Assembly (NCBI GenBank): GCA_002269645.1
Contig: NIVC01000749.1
Span: 195,162-259,161, forward strand
Source of the DNA: Macrostomum lignano
Lineage: Eukaryota
Direction of reading: 5' to 3'
Length of the DNA stretch: 64,000 nucleotides
Position numbers and translations under genes: made by a program. Of the stretch, positions 44,383 to 59,150 are shown piece after piece; position 1 is the stretch's first letter, and each line of letters starts with the position of its first letter. The notes under the pieces are model-generated. The model was not told the origin of the DNA, searched no databases, and was given only the letters and a program-made list of their open reading frames with translations.

Positions 44383-45378
44383 GACTACCGAATATTAATA
44401 GCTGAAGGCCAATGACACTGATAAGCTACATGAAGTAGGAAAAATAGAAAGAGTAGATTAAATGCAAAAATAGCTAATAATCCAGTAGGACCCTAAATTT
44501 GAAGAAATAAAAGAAACTAGATATATTTTTCATTAACCAATATGATCAATTGCTTATGGGCTAACATTAGCATGGACTTTGATCGTATACTAGTAGATCA
44601 TATCTACACTCTTATTCTATTAATAAAGAACTAGGATGCATTCAGTTTAAAAAATTAATTTAACAATGGACTTTCTATCTACAAGACTACAACCCTAGTA
44701 TTAACGGCGTTAACGCTAAGAGATATGAAATTTTAGAAATCAATTTCTGATCTTAAAGTAATATTTTCAGTAAAGAACTAGGTGTAACACAATTAAAATT
44801 TAATCTAGTTTAATCTTCAAAGCCTATTTTTATTTCAAATTGACATTTTTAATTGTGTTTACACTTATACCTATTTTTCAATGCTTTATGGTAGGTACAT
44901 GTGCCCTTGTCTATTGTATAGTGTGCAATACACTTTTGGACTGGCAGGGGGTGTCCCTCCCTAGCCATATGCCCTGCCCCATGCTCTATGCTAATTGGCT
45001 AAATCTAGGCCTAGCTTTGGTATAGATGCTGCACCCCCTGTACCTAGGTAGGATTTTGATTGGCTGGCCAAGTGCATGGTTTTGTGGCTAAGCCAATAGG
45101 GCTATCTGCCCCTAGGCCTAGGTTTACTTATTTGTTATTGACTAGTGCTCTTTCTCTTGCATTCCTTAGTCCTTTTCGTATTGCACAAATCTAGTCCTAG
45201 TGACTATTGGATTCTACTATAAAAGCTAAAAGAAATCCAAAGATTAAGTCAGAGAAAAACAAATATTAATGTTGGAAATGAAATTATGAAAATGAAATGA
45301 ATACCAATAAATAAAAGCTAAAAAATCAAAGAAATAGCACTAGTTGAATTTTGCAAGCAAGTTTTACTTGAGCACTAG

Positions 45379-45673
45379 CATACATGCACAATAGTCGGCC
45401 GAGTCGGCCGATCCAGTTGACCAATTTGGCGGCCAACCAAGGAAGTTGCAAAAATTCCCACCTAAAAAACAACTAAGTGTAGTACTAAGTAGCTGACGGG
45501 GCATTTTGGCTTTATAAGACAGTTATAGTTACTCCTGCCGTTTACCCAAAGTTGCGTTAATTTTGCTTTAGGTTTCTTTACTTGTAAGTTGCATTTTTGG
45601 CCAAAAACTAAGTTGCATTTTTGTTAAATCTAAGTCGCATGGCCGACTAAATTTTGGAGGTTGCGCATGTATG
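45379..45673. mobile_element. hAT-type MITE, copy 1 (about 295 bp)
   Basis: TIRs CATACATGCACAA / TTGCGCATGTATG. 8-bp flanks AGCACTAG / TGCACTTG (6/8 match). The body is the reverse complement of 47003..47301. Confidence 0.75.
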
Positions 45674-47002
45674 TGCACTTGGCAAGAAAAAATGGCAAAT
45701 GATTTATAGTAAAATGGCAAAAATATTTTAGTATAGTCTCTTGATACATTTTAGGCCTAAGAGTGACTTTTTAGGCATTTTTGAAAAGGTTTTAGCTATT
45801 CTAGTTGTACTATATTTATTTTTTTATTGATATTACAATATATAATAAATCTATAAAAAGCTAAAAAACTGCTATATTGGTTGAGCATAGAAATTGATTA
45901 GTGTACAATATGATTATATGCATGCAAGCTTGCATCAAATACATACAAAAATGATCAGAGTGCTTCATATTAATAGGCAATATATAATACAAAAATATAT
46001 AAAAATAGAATAGATGATACAAAAAGTGTAAAAACTATTTTATTTTTATTAAACAAACATTTTAAGCCATTTGATTAATTTTCAAAAAAATACCTAAAAG
46101 TGTCTTTATATTTTGTCAAGTAAGATTAAAAAATAATTTTACACATTGACTAATTGGTATTAGGCCTCAACTGCTTAAGTATATTGACAATAGTTTTTTA
46201 ATTTTTTAATGAAATTCTAAACTAGGCCCTAATATATTACTAGGCCTAATTAAGACCTTTATTATAGGGAACTAAGACAAGCTCTAAACTATACTGTATG
46301 TCCCCTTTCTAATGCCAAGTCTTACCAGCGCATTGTTACTTATAGGCTATACTGCTAGAGACCAATCTATATTAGGCCTAGATACTATCTATGATATGCC
46401 AATGGACATTGGCTTCAAAAGGTCATGAAAACTATATTAGCTATACTATTAGCTTATGATCTTGACTAGATCTACATGTAGGCCTTATACTTAGGCTTTT
46501 TTCTTACAAATTTTTGTGAGATTTAGCATAGGCAAGATAGGCCTAATTGCTCCAATTTTAAAAATTTGCTAGGGCCTAAGAAAGCAGATAGGGCCTAATT
46601 ATAACTATTACTCTAGGTTTTTTTGTCAAAATTATTATGCTATTTGGCATAATGGCATCAAAATTTTTATGCCATTTTCAATTTTGACATGCCATTGGCA
46701 TAGACCTAAAATGTAAAATAGCACTTTGTGAGCCCATATTAGTGTTTCCTTTTAGATTCAGATGGGAGCAACAATAGCTTGCCAGTTTGGAAAATGTAAA
46801 AGCAAAACTGAAATTTAGAATTGGAGATTTAGCATTACCTGCATTGGCAATTTGGTAATAGCATAATGGCAAAAATTGTAATGCCATTTTGGCATACTAG
46901 CATCAAAATCATTATGCCATTTTTAATTTTGACATGTCATGGCATGCCTATGACACAAAAAACTAGCTACCACTTCCATTAATAATAGGGTACAATTGCA
47001 TA

Positions 47003-47301
47003 CATACATGCGCAACTTCCAAAATTCGGTCAGCCGTGCGACTTAGTTTTAACAAAAATGCGACGTAGTTTTTGGCCAAAAATGCGACTTCCATGTAAAA
47101 AAACCTTAAAATTAAAAATTAACGCAACTTTGGGTAAACGGCAGGAGTAACTATGACTGTCTTATTAACCAAAAATGCCTCGTCAGCTACTTAGTACTAC
47201 TACTTGGTGTTTTTCTTGGGTGGCATTTTTGCGACTTCCTTGGTTGGCTGCCAAATTGGTCGGCCGGATCGGCCGACTCGGCCGACTGTTGCGCATGTAT
47301 G
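47003..47301. mobile_element. hAT-type MITE, copy 2 (about 299 bp), opposite orientation
   Basis: TIRs CATACATGCGCAAC / GTTGCGCATGTATG. Perfect 8-bp TSD ATTGCATA (46995-47002, 47302-47309). An 8-bp TSD is typical of hAT. Confidence 0.85.
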
Positions 47302-47340
47302 ATTGCATATATAGGCAAAGGGAGAAATAAGGCCCCCTAG

Positions 47341-47835
47341 GCCCTAATTTTCATAATGTCAAAACCAGAACCTTCCATAAGACCTATATTTCATAAACCC
47401 TAATTTTTACAATATCAAAAATAAGGAATGCAATAGATTTCCCAACACCTAAATTTCATAAGCCCTAAATTTCATAATACCTAAAAACTATAAAGATACA
47501 ATATTTTTTACAAGCCTTAAATTTCATAAGCCCTAAATTTTACAAGCCATAAATTTCACAATGCACAAAAACTATAGAGATACAATCTTTTTTTACAATC
47601 CTTCTATATCTCCATAGTGCTTTTTAGGCATTGTGAAATTTATGGCTTGTAAAAGATTGTATCTAAGTATCTCCATAGTGCTTTTAGGCATTATGAAATT
47701 TAAGGCTTGTGAAATTTATAGGCCTAGTTTATATAGTCTAATGCAAGTTTTGTTTTTGATGTTGTGAAAATTAGGGTTTATGAAATTTAGAGCTTATGAA
47801 AGTTTGTGTCTTGTGACCTTGTGAAATTTAGGGTT
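47341..47835. mobile_element. Fold-back/MITE-like element built from inverted 16-bp subrepeats
   Basis: The left half repeats CCCTAAATTTCATAA and the right half repeats TT(A/G)TGAAATTTAGGG (its reverse complement). Confidence 0.6.
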
Positions 47836-50800
47836 TGTTTATGAAAGCAATTGGATATATCTTCTTTGACCTCCTATGGGGCTCTGGGATCTGGTCTAAT
47901 ATGGGGAGGGGCAATAGTATAATAATTGGTATGACCGTATGGTATTGCATAAGTTATGCCTACTTTATCACAATATAATAAATCTCTAAGATCTGTCAAA
48001 TTTGTGATCTTGGAAAAAACCACCTCTGTACTTGAACTTAATTTGTGACAAGATGACCATTATTATTTGATGAAATTAAGAATTTCAACTTTAAATGATA
48101 TAGGCCTATATATATATAACAGGAGCTAACTTTATGAGCCAAAAAAATTCAAATTCAGATTCAATATTTTTTTGTAATTAATAAAAGAAAACTTCAATAG
48201 AAAATTTTGACTAGAAGATGGGGCAGCATCATTAATGCATTATCAGTTTTGTTAAATTGTTTTTAATGTAAAAAAATGATGCAAAAAATTGACTTATCTC
48301 AAACCACCTTTTCTAACTTCTCATTTAAAGATTTACTAAAAATGCTATAACTTTTTTATTATTGGACTAAATTTTATAAGTGAGGTGTCAAAATACTCCT
48401 GTAGTCATCTATCTGATAAAACAAAGAAAAAAATAATTTTCCTAATTTTCAAAATCTTACTAAAATGCCTAACTACAGTATCTATGCTTTTTGGTGATTC
48501 TGCTTTCTGGTATTGTATTTATGGATTTTCAGATTTATAGTGCTCATGGATTTATCATTTATGGTTTCACCTATCGGCTATCCATCATATCACCTCAATA
48601 AAATATATTGAGAGACTTAAATAGGCCTAAAAAAGCAAGACAGACACCTGCAAGGCATACATGATACATAGGCCTAATAAATATAGTAGGCCTATGTAAT
48701 ATTCAAATACAATAAATTGCATAATATTATTATTATAAATAATCAAAGTGAAAATTTAGGGGCCTATATATAATTCTTCGTTCTTGACAAACTATTGATA
48801 GAATTAGAAAGTTGTAACGATAAATTAGGCCTAGCTCATTAATAGGCCTATGCCATGGATGGTGGTAGTTAGCCTAACCAGGCCTTCTAACGTGATGTCA
48901 TCCGCCCGTCCCGTCTCGACTAAGCGTACAGTCGCAGGTTCAAAGCTATGCCTATTCAATATTACTTTATACGTCTTTATGCAATGCAATTATGCATGTT
49001 CAGCAGTGTTCACAATTGTTCCGTGGAAGAAGGACAGCAAGTCCATCCGTCCCCGTCGTCCAAAACCTAAATCATTCTCTCTTAGAGTTCTCTCCATATA
49101 AAAATATTAATCAAAATGTAAATTTTAGTTACTAATTTGTTTCTAAAATTCATATACTTTTGCTAAAATTCATTTTTGTTTTTTTGTTACCAGTAACTTC
49201 TGAAGCGCAAATTTAAAATATTAACGTCATGCGTAAAAATGTTACGTGCGTGTACACTTTGCCACTGCATGGTTTTTGTGCAAAAAGTTACACTTTAAAA
49301 CTAAAAAATGTATGGTCAACAAGATCATTTTAGGTCAATCCTACATCGATGCAAAAAGCCTCTAGCTGATGCTATACCGTTAGTATGCTTTTCAGATAAA
49401 GCCCGGAGACCAGAGAGCATGTTGCTATATACACTGCATGCAATCACTATATGTTAAATTGACAGCCTCAGTCCATATCCTGCACATGCCCAAAATAAGG
49501 GACACATAATGCAGCTATATTTATAATTGTCACTCAACACTGCATGGGTTGAAAGTACAGAATAACATGCAATTGAAACACGTCGTCGTCAATTGACTCT
49601 ACGAATAGACAATGAACCTTTGTATGCTTCAAAGTGCATTTGTGTATGTTTCCTCTCCTGCTTTAGTTTGATCTTGGTATTCAGATCTAGGGGGTGATCA
49701 GGGGTGGTACCCTAGTTGACAATGGCTTTAAACACACTTTCATGTACTGTATAGCCACGAGGGGGCCGTCTTGCTGATAAAACTATACACATGTATATCA
49801 GAGCAGTTGGGTCAATTTTTTCTCCTGCTTTTCTCGATTTTCTGGGGTGCTTTTTTTGTTCATGTCTACATTGCTTTTTGGCTGTCTTTTTCTTATTCTC
49901 AATTGCCTTCCATTATTTTTTGGTTCCGTCTGTTTTCTAAATTCTAATTTTCGAAACTTCACTTTCCGAGATTACACGTACTGCTCTTATAAGACCGGTC
50001 TAAATCTGCTGCCATTGGGCTTACCTTGTATTTTGTTTAAAAACAGGACACTCGTTCCGTCCTTCGTAGTTCTAATAGGCCAATCGTCTCCAATTTAAAT
50101 TCAAAATCTTTGAGAAAATCTTTGTCAGCTGATGGCTGTCAAAAATTGCCGTACTACCAGAGAGAAAGGCAATTGGCTATGACTAAAATTCAGTTATTCG
50201 TATCTTTGTGTATTTCTTATTTGACATATAGGTGTTATTACTCTAGTGAGAGTTTGTCCATGACAAAATCTCATTCGTATTCTATCTTTCTTTCTTTCAA
50301 TTTTTATACATATATGTGCACCGTATACACGCTTATACAATACAGTACTTGCGAAATTTGCAATTAATTGGATCGAAACTATATATTCTCAGAGACAATT
50401 GGTTCCACGTGACTTGCTGAGCATATACATGTTACAAGCGCGGATACAAGAACAACAGGGTGTACCAGTGGCACTGACGTCTAATAGTCAAAACAGGTCA
50501 TGTGTACACTGTGCTTTGGGGGTTGGCCTTCATAAGTGTGAATCGCACAACAACTTCTCGGCCAAAATTTTGTGCACCAGCCCCAAATTAATGTGACTAC
50601 TCAAAGTACCAGGAGATTTATTGAAGCTAGAGAGATATAGCACGCATCAAGCATCCATACACAGAAGTGCTCGCATTACTAAGGTGCGAAAGAATAGGAA
50701 TTAGTTGTGTACTTTTCGCTGAATTGCATTTTTAGATTGATATATACTCGTAGGAAGCATTCAATGTAGCAAGAATAGATGAATGAACAAGTTTCGCTAC

Positions 50801-51289
50801 TACAAGTAGCAATGCGAGCATTGTATTTGAAGTTTAAAACATACATGTATATAAGTAAAACATATATTGGTGGAATTATTTTTAAAACAATAAGTTAAGA
50901 GCTTTTTTCGCGAACTACGTTCGTACAAAGAGCGGAATATTTATAGTGTATATCTGATTTATTTTAACTAAAATGGGAAAAGTCTATAATCACCTTGTAA
51001 CAAAATTGGAGGGTTGTAGTACTAGATTATTGCTTAAGGGATTTTTCGCAATGAAAAAAGCGACTAGTTATATTTAATAAATGCACTGCGCCACCATGTA
51101 CAAGCGATGCATGACCGCAAAATGTTCCGAGTGAACTACACGGTATGAGAAAATAAAACAAAAGCATCTCTTAACTATATAGAAAAGTAGTAACTTTGTT
51201 CGATGAAAATTAAGGTGAATATTGTTGATTAGAATGTTCAGTCACGTGACTTACTGTTGCCCAGAATCCCTTCCAGGTGTCTTAGATTC

Positions 51290-52500
51290 CTATAAATTAT
51301 GCGTCCAAGATTCCCAATGCAGGTGTCCGAGAATCCCAAGGGCGTCTAAGATTACTAAACCTGTCAGGTTTTTGAGATTCCATCGGCAGGCGTCGAAGAT
51401 TCACTCTAGCAGGTGTCCAAGAATTTCTATTTGGTATCCGAGATTCCCCAATCAGCTGTCCAAGATTCCCCATCCAGATGTCCGAGATACTTAAATCGTG
51501 TCCGAGATTTCCGCAATCAGCTGTCCAAGATTCCCAAATCAGATGTCCGAGATACCTAAATCGTGTCCGAGATTTCCAAATCAGATATCCAAGATTCCCC
51601 AATCAGATGTCCGAGATACCTAAATCGTGTCCGAGATTTCCAAATCAGATATCCAAGATTCCCCAATCAGATGTCCGAGATACCTAAATCGTGTCCGAGA
51701 TTTCCAAATCAGATATCCAAGATTCCCCAATCAGATGTCCGAGATACCTAAATCGTGTCCGAGATTTCCAAATCAGATATCCAAGATTCCCCAATCAGAT
51801 GTCCGAGATACCTAAATTGTGTCCGAGATTTCCAAATCAGATATCCAAGATTCCCCAATCAGATGTCCGAGATACCTAAATTGTGTCCGAGATTTCCAAA
51901 TCAGATATCCAAGATTCCCCAATCAGATGTCCGAGATACCTAAATCGTGTCCGAGATTTCCAAATCAGATATCCAAGATTCCCCAATCAGATGTCCGAGA
52001 TACCTAAATCGTGTCCGAGATTTCCAAATCAGATATCCAAGATTCCCCAATCAGATATCCGAGATTCCTAAATTGTGTCCGAGATTTCCAAATCAGATAT
52101 CCAAGATTCCCCAATCAGATATCCGAGATTCCTAAATTGTGTCCGAGATTTCCAAATCAGATATCCAAGATTCCCCAATCAGATGTCCGAGATACCTAAA
52201 TCGTGTCCGAGATTTCCAAATCAGATGCCCGATATTCCTAATTCAAGTGTCCGAAATTCCCCAACCAGATGGCCGAGATTCCCAAATCGGGTTTTTGAGA
52301 TTCCACAATCAGGTGTCCGAGATTCCTTCCAGCAGGTGTCCAAAAACCTTATCCAGTGTCCGAGATTCCCTAATCAGGTGATTTTCCAATCATGTGTCAA
52401 GGACCCCCTCAAGCAGGTGTCCGAGAATCCCTTCCAGATGTCTAGGATTTCTAAATCAGCTGTGTCCGAGATTCCTCAATCAGGTGTCACTAAGGTCCCT
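51290..52500. repeat. 64-bp higher-order satellite (three 20-22-bp monomers). Core about 51475..52225 with degenerate flanks
   Basis: Identical pseudo-ORFs start every 64 bp (51563, 51627 ... 52139). Monomers CAGATGTCCGAGATACCTAAAT / CGTGTCCGAGATTTCCAAAT / CAGATATCCAAGATTCCCCAAT. Confidence 0.95.
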
Positions 52501-53175
52501 CACCAGTGTCAAATATGTCTCTATTTCAGCATCAGTATATGTGCATTGGGCGATACAAACTTTCGAATATCTCGAAAATACGCACTCGAGAAAGTGTTAA
52601 ATGTATAAAACTAACTAACTAATTACGAGCTATGAAACAAATGTAAACAATAGAAATTTACACTGGAAACACGATATGCATTATGAATGTTAATGTAAAA
52701 AGCTTTATAATCTAAAATATAATATTCAATATGAATATGCATAACACAAGTTAAGTTTATTTTAAAACAAATTTGCTGAAAATGTGAAGAAAAAAATTAA
52801 CGGGTCAGGATAAAAGAGACTTGCGTCAGCTGGCTGATGTCAATCAGTTCGATCTCTTTTGCGGATGGTCGGGTCAGGGAGCCGTGCAGTGCAGTTTGCC
52901 AGAATCCTGCGCAGACACCAACTGCAAATGAGGCAGGCGGTGCAAAGGAGTGCTGCTAGAGAGAGGGAGGGGTCTTCTGAATCGGAAAAGCTCTGTAGGC
53001 TTTCTGGGGTGACTCCGTGACTACTGAAAGCAGGCATAAATAACAGAAATGTGCGCTAGGGTCGCACGTCTTGTTTGAAGCACCCTTAAACATGGCCTGA
53101 GGGGCTTTTAATTGATGCCTTAACTAATTGACCAGCGCCTCAGATGGCTGCTGCTGCTGAACTGTTTGCGGCATT

Positions 53176-54772
<1,597 letters not shown>

Positions 54773-55317
54773 GAACTAAATAACTTTATAGACAAAGCAT
54801 TAAACAAGTTATGATTTCATGGACCAGCTCGTAAATCTTTAGCGAGCTATTTGGGTTACTCTGCGGCATCACCGCACACAAGGATATCCTCAGTCTAATC
54901 AAATACGCATCACTTCGTAGGCGGCTGTCTGCGGAGTGGAGATTACACTCAGTGGGCGGCGGAATTTCTGTTCTAAAACAGTTTTTTATAGATTAACGAT
55001 CCGGTACCACTAACCCATCATTTCCTGTCGGGAGGCTATGACCCCGCAAATTCTCGCTCCAATAACTCTCTCCCAGTCTCTCCTCTGTACCACCCAGTCA
55101 CTCTCAAGCCAGTGCAAGTCTAATATTTTATCAGCCAGCTCGGAGTTATCGAGATAGCCGGGCCTATAAAAATGGCCAACACTAACTGATAGCCTAGTAA
55201 CTCACAGTTATTAAAATAATGTTCAACGAACCGTGTAACCATGGGCTTTAGGAAATCTGTCCCGTTGCGATTCTCCCTGGTTGAGTTGAGGGGAGTTGAG
55301 ATAGAGGGGTTTCAGGA

Positions 55318-56806
55318 AGAGAGGGGGTTGAGGGAGAGAGGGTCTGAGGGAGAGAGGGTCTGAGGGAGAGAGGGTCTGAGGGAGATAGGTCTGAGGGAGA
55401 GAGGGTCTGAGGGAGAGAGGGTCTGAGGGAGATAGGTCTGAGGGAGAGAGGGTCTGAGGGAGAGAGGGTCTGAGGGAGAGAGGTCTGAGGGAGAGAGGTC
55501 TGAGGGAGAGAGGGTCTGGAGGAGAGAGGGTCTGAGGGAGAGATGATCTGAGGGAGAGAGGGTCTGATGGAGAGAGGATCTGGAGGAGAGAGGGTCTGAG
55601 GGAGAGAGGGTCTGGAGGAGAGAGGGTCTGAGGGAGAGAGAGTCAGGAGGAGAGAGGGTCTGAGGGAAAGAGGGTCTGAGGGAAAGAGGGTCTGAGGGAA
55701 AGAGGGTCTGAGGGAAAGAGGGTCTGAGGGAAAGAGGGTCTGGAGGAGAGAGGGTCTGAGGGGGAGAGAGTCTGGAGGAGAGAGGGTCTGAGGGAAAGAG
55801 GATCTGGAGGAGAGAGGGTCTGAGGGAGAGAGGGTCTGGAGGAGAGAGGGTCTGAGGGAAAGAGAGTCTGGAGGAGAGAGGGTCTGAGGGAAAGAGGGTC
55901 TGAGGGAAAGAGGGTCTGAGGGAGAGAGGATCTGAGGGAGAGAGGATCTGAGGGAGAGAGGATCTGAGGGAGAGAGGGTCTGAGGGAGAGAGGGTCTGAG
56001 GGAGAGAGGATCTGAGGGAGAGAGGATCTGAGGGAGAGAGGGTCTGAGGGAGAGAGGGTCTGAGGGAGAGAGGGTCTGAGGGAGAGAGGGTCTGAGGGAG
56101 AGAGGGTCTGAGGGAGAGAGGGTCTGAGGGAAAGAGGGTCTGAGGGAGAGAGGGTCTGAGGGAGAGAGGATCTGAGGGAGAGAGGGTCTGAGGGAGAGAG
56201 GATCTGAGGGAGAGAGGGTCTGAGGGAGAGAGGATCTGAGGGAGAGAGGGTCTGGAGGAGAGAGGGTCTGAGGGAGAGAGGGTCTGAGGGAGAGAGGGTC
56301 TGAGGGAGAGAGGGTCTGAGGGAAAGAGGGTCTGAGGGAGAGAGGATCTGAGGGAGAGAGGGTCTGAGGGAGAGAGGATCTGAGGGAGAGAGGGTCTGAG
56401 GGAGAGAGGGTCTGAGGGAGAGAGGGTCTGAGGGAGAGAGGGTCTGAGGGAGAGAGGGTCTGAGGGAAAGAGGGTCTGAGGGAGAGAGGATCTGAGGGAG
56501 AGAGGGTCTGAGGGAGAGAGGATCTGAGGGAGAGAGGGTCTGAGGGAGAGAGGGTCTGAGGGAGAGAGGGTCTGAGGGAGAGAGGGTCTGAGGGAGAGAG
56601 GGTCTGAGGGAAAGAGGGTCTGAGGGAGAGAGGGTCTGAGGGAGAGAGGATCTGAGGGAAAGAGGGTCTGAGGGAGAGAGGGTCTGAGGGAGAGAGGGTC
56701 TGAGGGAGAGAGGGTCTGAGGGAGAGAGGGTCTGAGGGAAAGAGGGTCTGAGGGAGAGAGGGTCTGAGGGAGAGAGGGTCTGAGGGAAAGAGGGTCTGAG
56801 GGAAAG
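55318..56806. repeat. 16-bp minisatellite (GAGGGAGAGAGGGTCT)n
   Basis: Visible array. It is the source of the 586/504-aa PSDPLSL pseudo-ORFs. Confidence 0.95.
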
Positions 56807-57299
56807 AGCATTGAATTCCGTCGCATTTCAGTTTAGCATTTTGCACAGATTTCACGAGAAAAAAGAGAGGAAAAATGTATGTATGCACGCGGGCAAGGTT
56901 GCGACTCAAAAGTCTCAATCCGCGGACTCGATAATCCGACTCAAACTGATCCGCGGGTAGCCACAGCATCCCGCTCCCCTGGCCGAGCCGCGCTGAGCTC
57001 ATGCTCATATTCCTTCATCCATCAAAGCTCTCCCTCTCCCAAGGAAATCCGAGCGTTAAAGCGATACCTTTCTTTATATGGACTGGCCAGCAAAGAGGCT
57101 CAGATTCCCCAGCTTTAGTACGCACAGTATTATCTCGACTAGAAAATCAAAATGCTTAAAAGATTCCCGGCAGTCAGCGCCTCCCTCATCATCCTCGGTG
57201 CGTCTGGATGTCGCTCATGCTACCTGGCTTGAATCCCCTGCGAGGCTATGGTAGGGAGGGAGAGGTTGAAAGTGACCAAATGAAATGGCAACCCCCATT

Positions 57300-57746
57300 A
57301 GATGAAAAGGTACACCAATCACATGAAATGGCACACCAATCACATGAAATGGCACACCAATCACATGAAATGGCACACCAATCACATGAAATGGCACACC
57401 CATCAAATGAAATGGCACCCCCATCAAATGAAATGGCACACCCATCAAATGAAATGGCACACCCATCAGATGAAATGGCACACCCATCAGATGAAATGGC
57501 ACACCCATCGAATGAAATGGCACACCCATCAAATGAAATGGCACACCCATCAGATGAAATGGCACACCCATCAGATGAAATGGCACACCCATCGAATGAA
57601 ATGGCACACCCATCAAATGAAATGGCACACCAATCACATGAAATGGCACACCCATCAAATGAAATGGCACACCAATCAAATGAAATGGCACATCCATCAG
57701 ATGAAATGGCACACCCATCAAATGAAATGGCACACCCATCAAATGA
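57300..57746. repeat. 21-bp minisatellite (ATCAAATGAAATGGCACACCC)n
   Basis: Visible array. All three frames give heptad-repeat ORFs. Confidence 0.93.
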
Positions 57747-58581
57747 AAAAAAATAATTTAGGATTAGGCTTTTCTGTGCCCTTACAAAAAGAGCAAAAAA
57801 ATTGATTTTATCTTTTAAACAGACGTATTCTCGTCATGGGCCTGAAGGCATGACATATTACCCCGCAGCACAATTGCTAGCTGATTGGGGTCTGGGAGAT
57901 GGGGAATGAACAAAGTGTAAGCATAACCCCCATAATGACAGTCATTCGGAAAATCAATATAGCTTATAATACGTTTGTAAGGTTTTTTGTAGAGTCTACA
58001 GAAGTTCAAAAACCGGCAGACCTTTCTCAGTAACTTATGTACCCGAGAATTGAACAGTCTATGGCCGCAACCCCCACACTGAATGTTGCACTGGGGTAGT
58101 GCTATTTCAGGGGCACAAATGTCTATGGTACAATATACCGCCCTTGAAGAAAATCATGGCCATAGACTACGGCAGTATAAGCCATAGACTATAATTGGAG
58201 ACTCAAAAAAGCCATATGTTTTTCTTAACATCACTCGTGCATGTTTGTAGGGGGAGAATATGAAGTATCGTTTTGTTTGAATAAAGTCTTATTTAGATGG
58301 TCAAAAAGATACCAGAATCAAAGCGCTTTAAACGAAATCTTACTATGATTTTAAAAGTGCAATAATGTCCTTTCCCTGCCTTGATATGAAAAAATAGGTG
58401 AAAATTGTCGCGTTATGGTCCAATTCTAATACTGCCCCATTATCACCCGCGAATAGCACCCTCATGTCTGTGTTTATGGGCCTGTTTCTTGTGTACTTTT
58501 AGACGATCAAGCATGCTGATTCATGTTAGAAAGAGCCATGGAAAAATCCATTGGCTTACCACTTACCCAAGCCGAGCCAAA

Positions 58582-58781
58582 TCAGGTGCAAAAGTACGGA
58601 TTGCTGCAGTAGACATTGTCGCCTGTTTTGAAGTCAACAGACGCTGAACCGCTATTATTCCCGTTGTCGTCGTCTAGGTTCAGCGTCAGAGGCTGGCGAA
58701 CCAGAGCACCAGTTGGCAGTGTTGAGGATCCCGATGCCCCAGCAGAATTGGCAGCAGCGGTAGTAGCTGAGTGCTTCTGGC
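58582..58781 (-). CDS. Candidate last coding exon of an unidentified gene (QKHSATTAAA...DDDNGNNSGSASVDFKTGDNVYCSNPYFCT*)
   Basis: Acceptor TTATTTCGCACAG at 58783-58782. GC-rich 65-codon open frame. Consensus donor GTAAGT 15 nt after the stop (58566-58561). Upstream exons were not identified. Confidence 0.4.
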
Positions 58782-58904
58782 CTGTGCGAAATAATCATAT
58801 TTTAAGTATTTTGCAGCTTTGATAATCTCCTCAGTTTACAAAAATGGAACCCAATGAGATGATTAGTCTAAATGGATCATCTCAATGATCCATATTAAAA
58901 ATAA

Positions 58905-59150
58905 AATAATGATAATAATTTATTACGCCTGCACCCATTCGGCCAGATGTGCAACCGACAGCTCAGCCGCAGCTATTGCGTGGCGCATCTGAAGGCTGCG
59001 TACGGCTGTTCAGTCTAAGGACTGCGGGGGGTCGCCACACCCACCCTCAATTACCCCAGTTAATCCTGGCACCCATTTTACAGCTGGGTCAACTGAAGCA
59101 AATTGGTCCGAGTGGGATCGAGAATCGAACCCCCGACCTTTCAGTTAAAT
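58905..59150 (-). mobile_element. SINE family B, copy 3
   Basis: Reverse complement of the copy 2 body and tail. B box GGTTCGATTC at about 59134-59125. (TTA)n tail at about 58905-58925. Confidence 0.7.

Noticed and set aside
52840-53037. Cys-rich 65-aa minus-strand ORF as an exon
   Set aside because: An acceptor-like site exists but there is no recognisable domain or partner exon. It is too weak to call.
57208-57805. Heptad-repeat proteins (HPSNEMA / MKWHTHQ)
   Set aside because: A 21-bp array open in all three plus frames and on the minus strand, with no splice or domain support.
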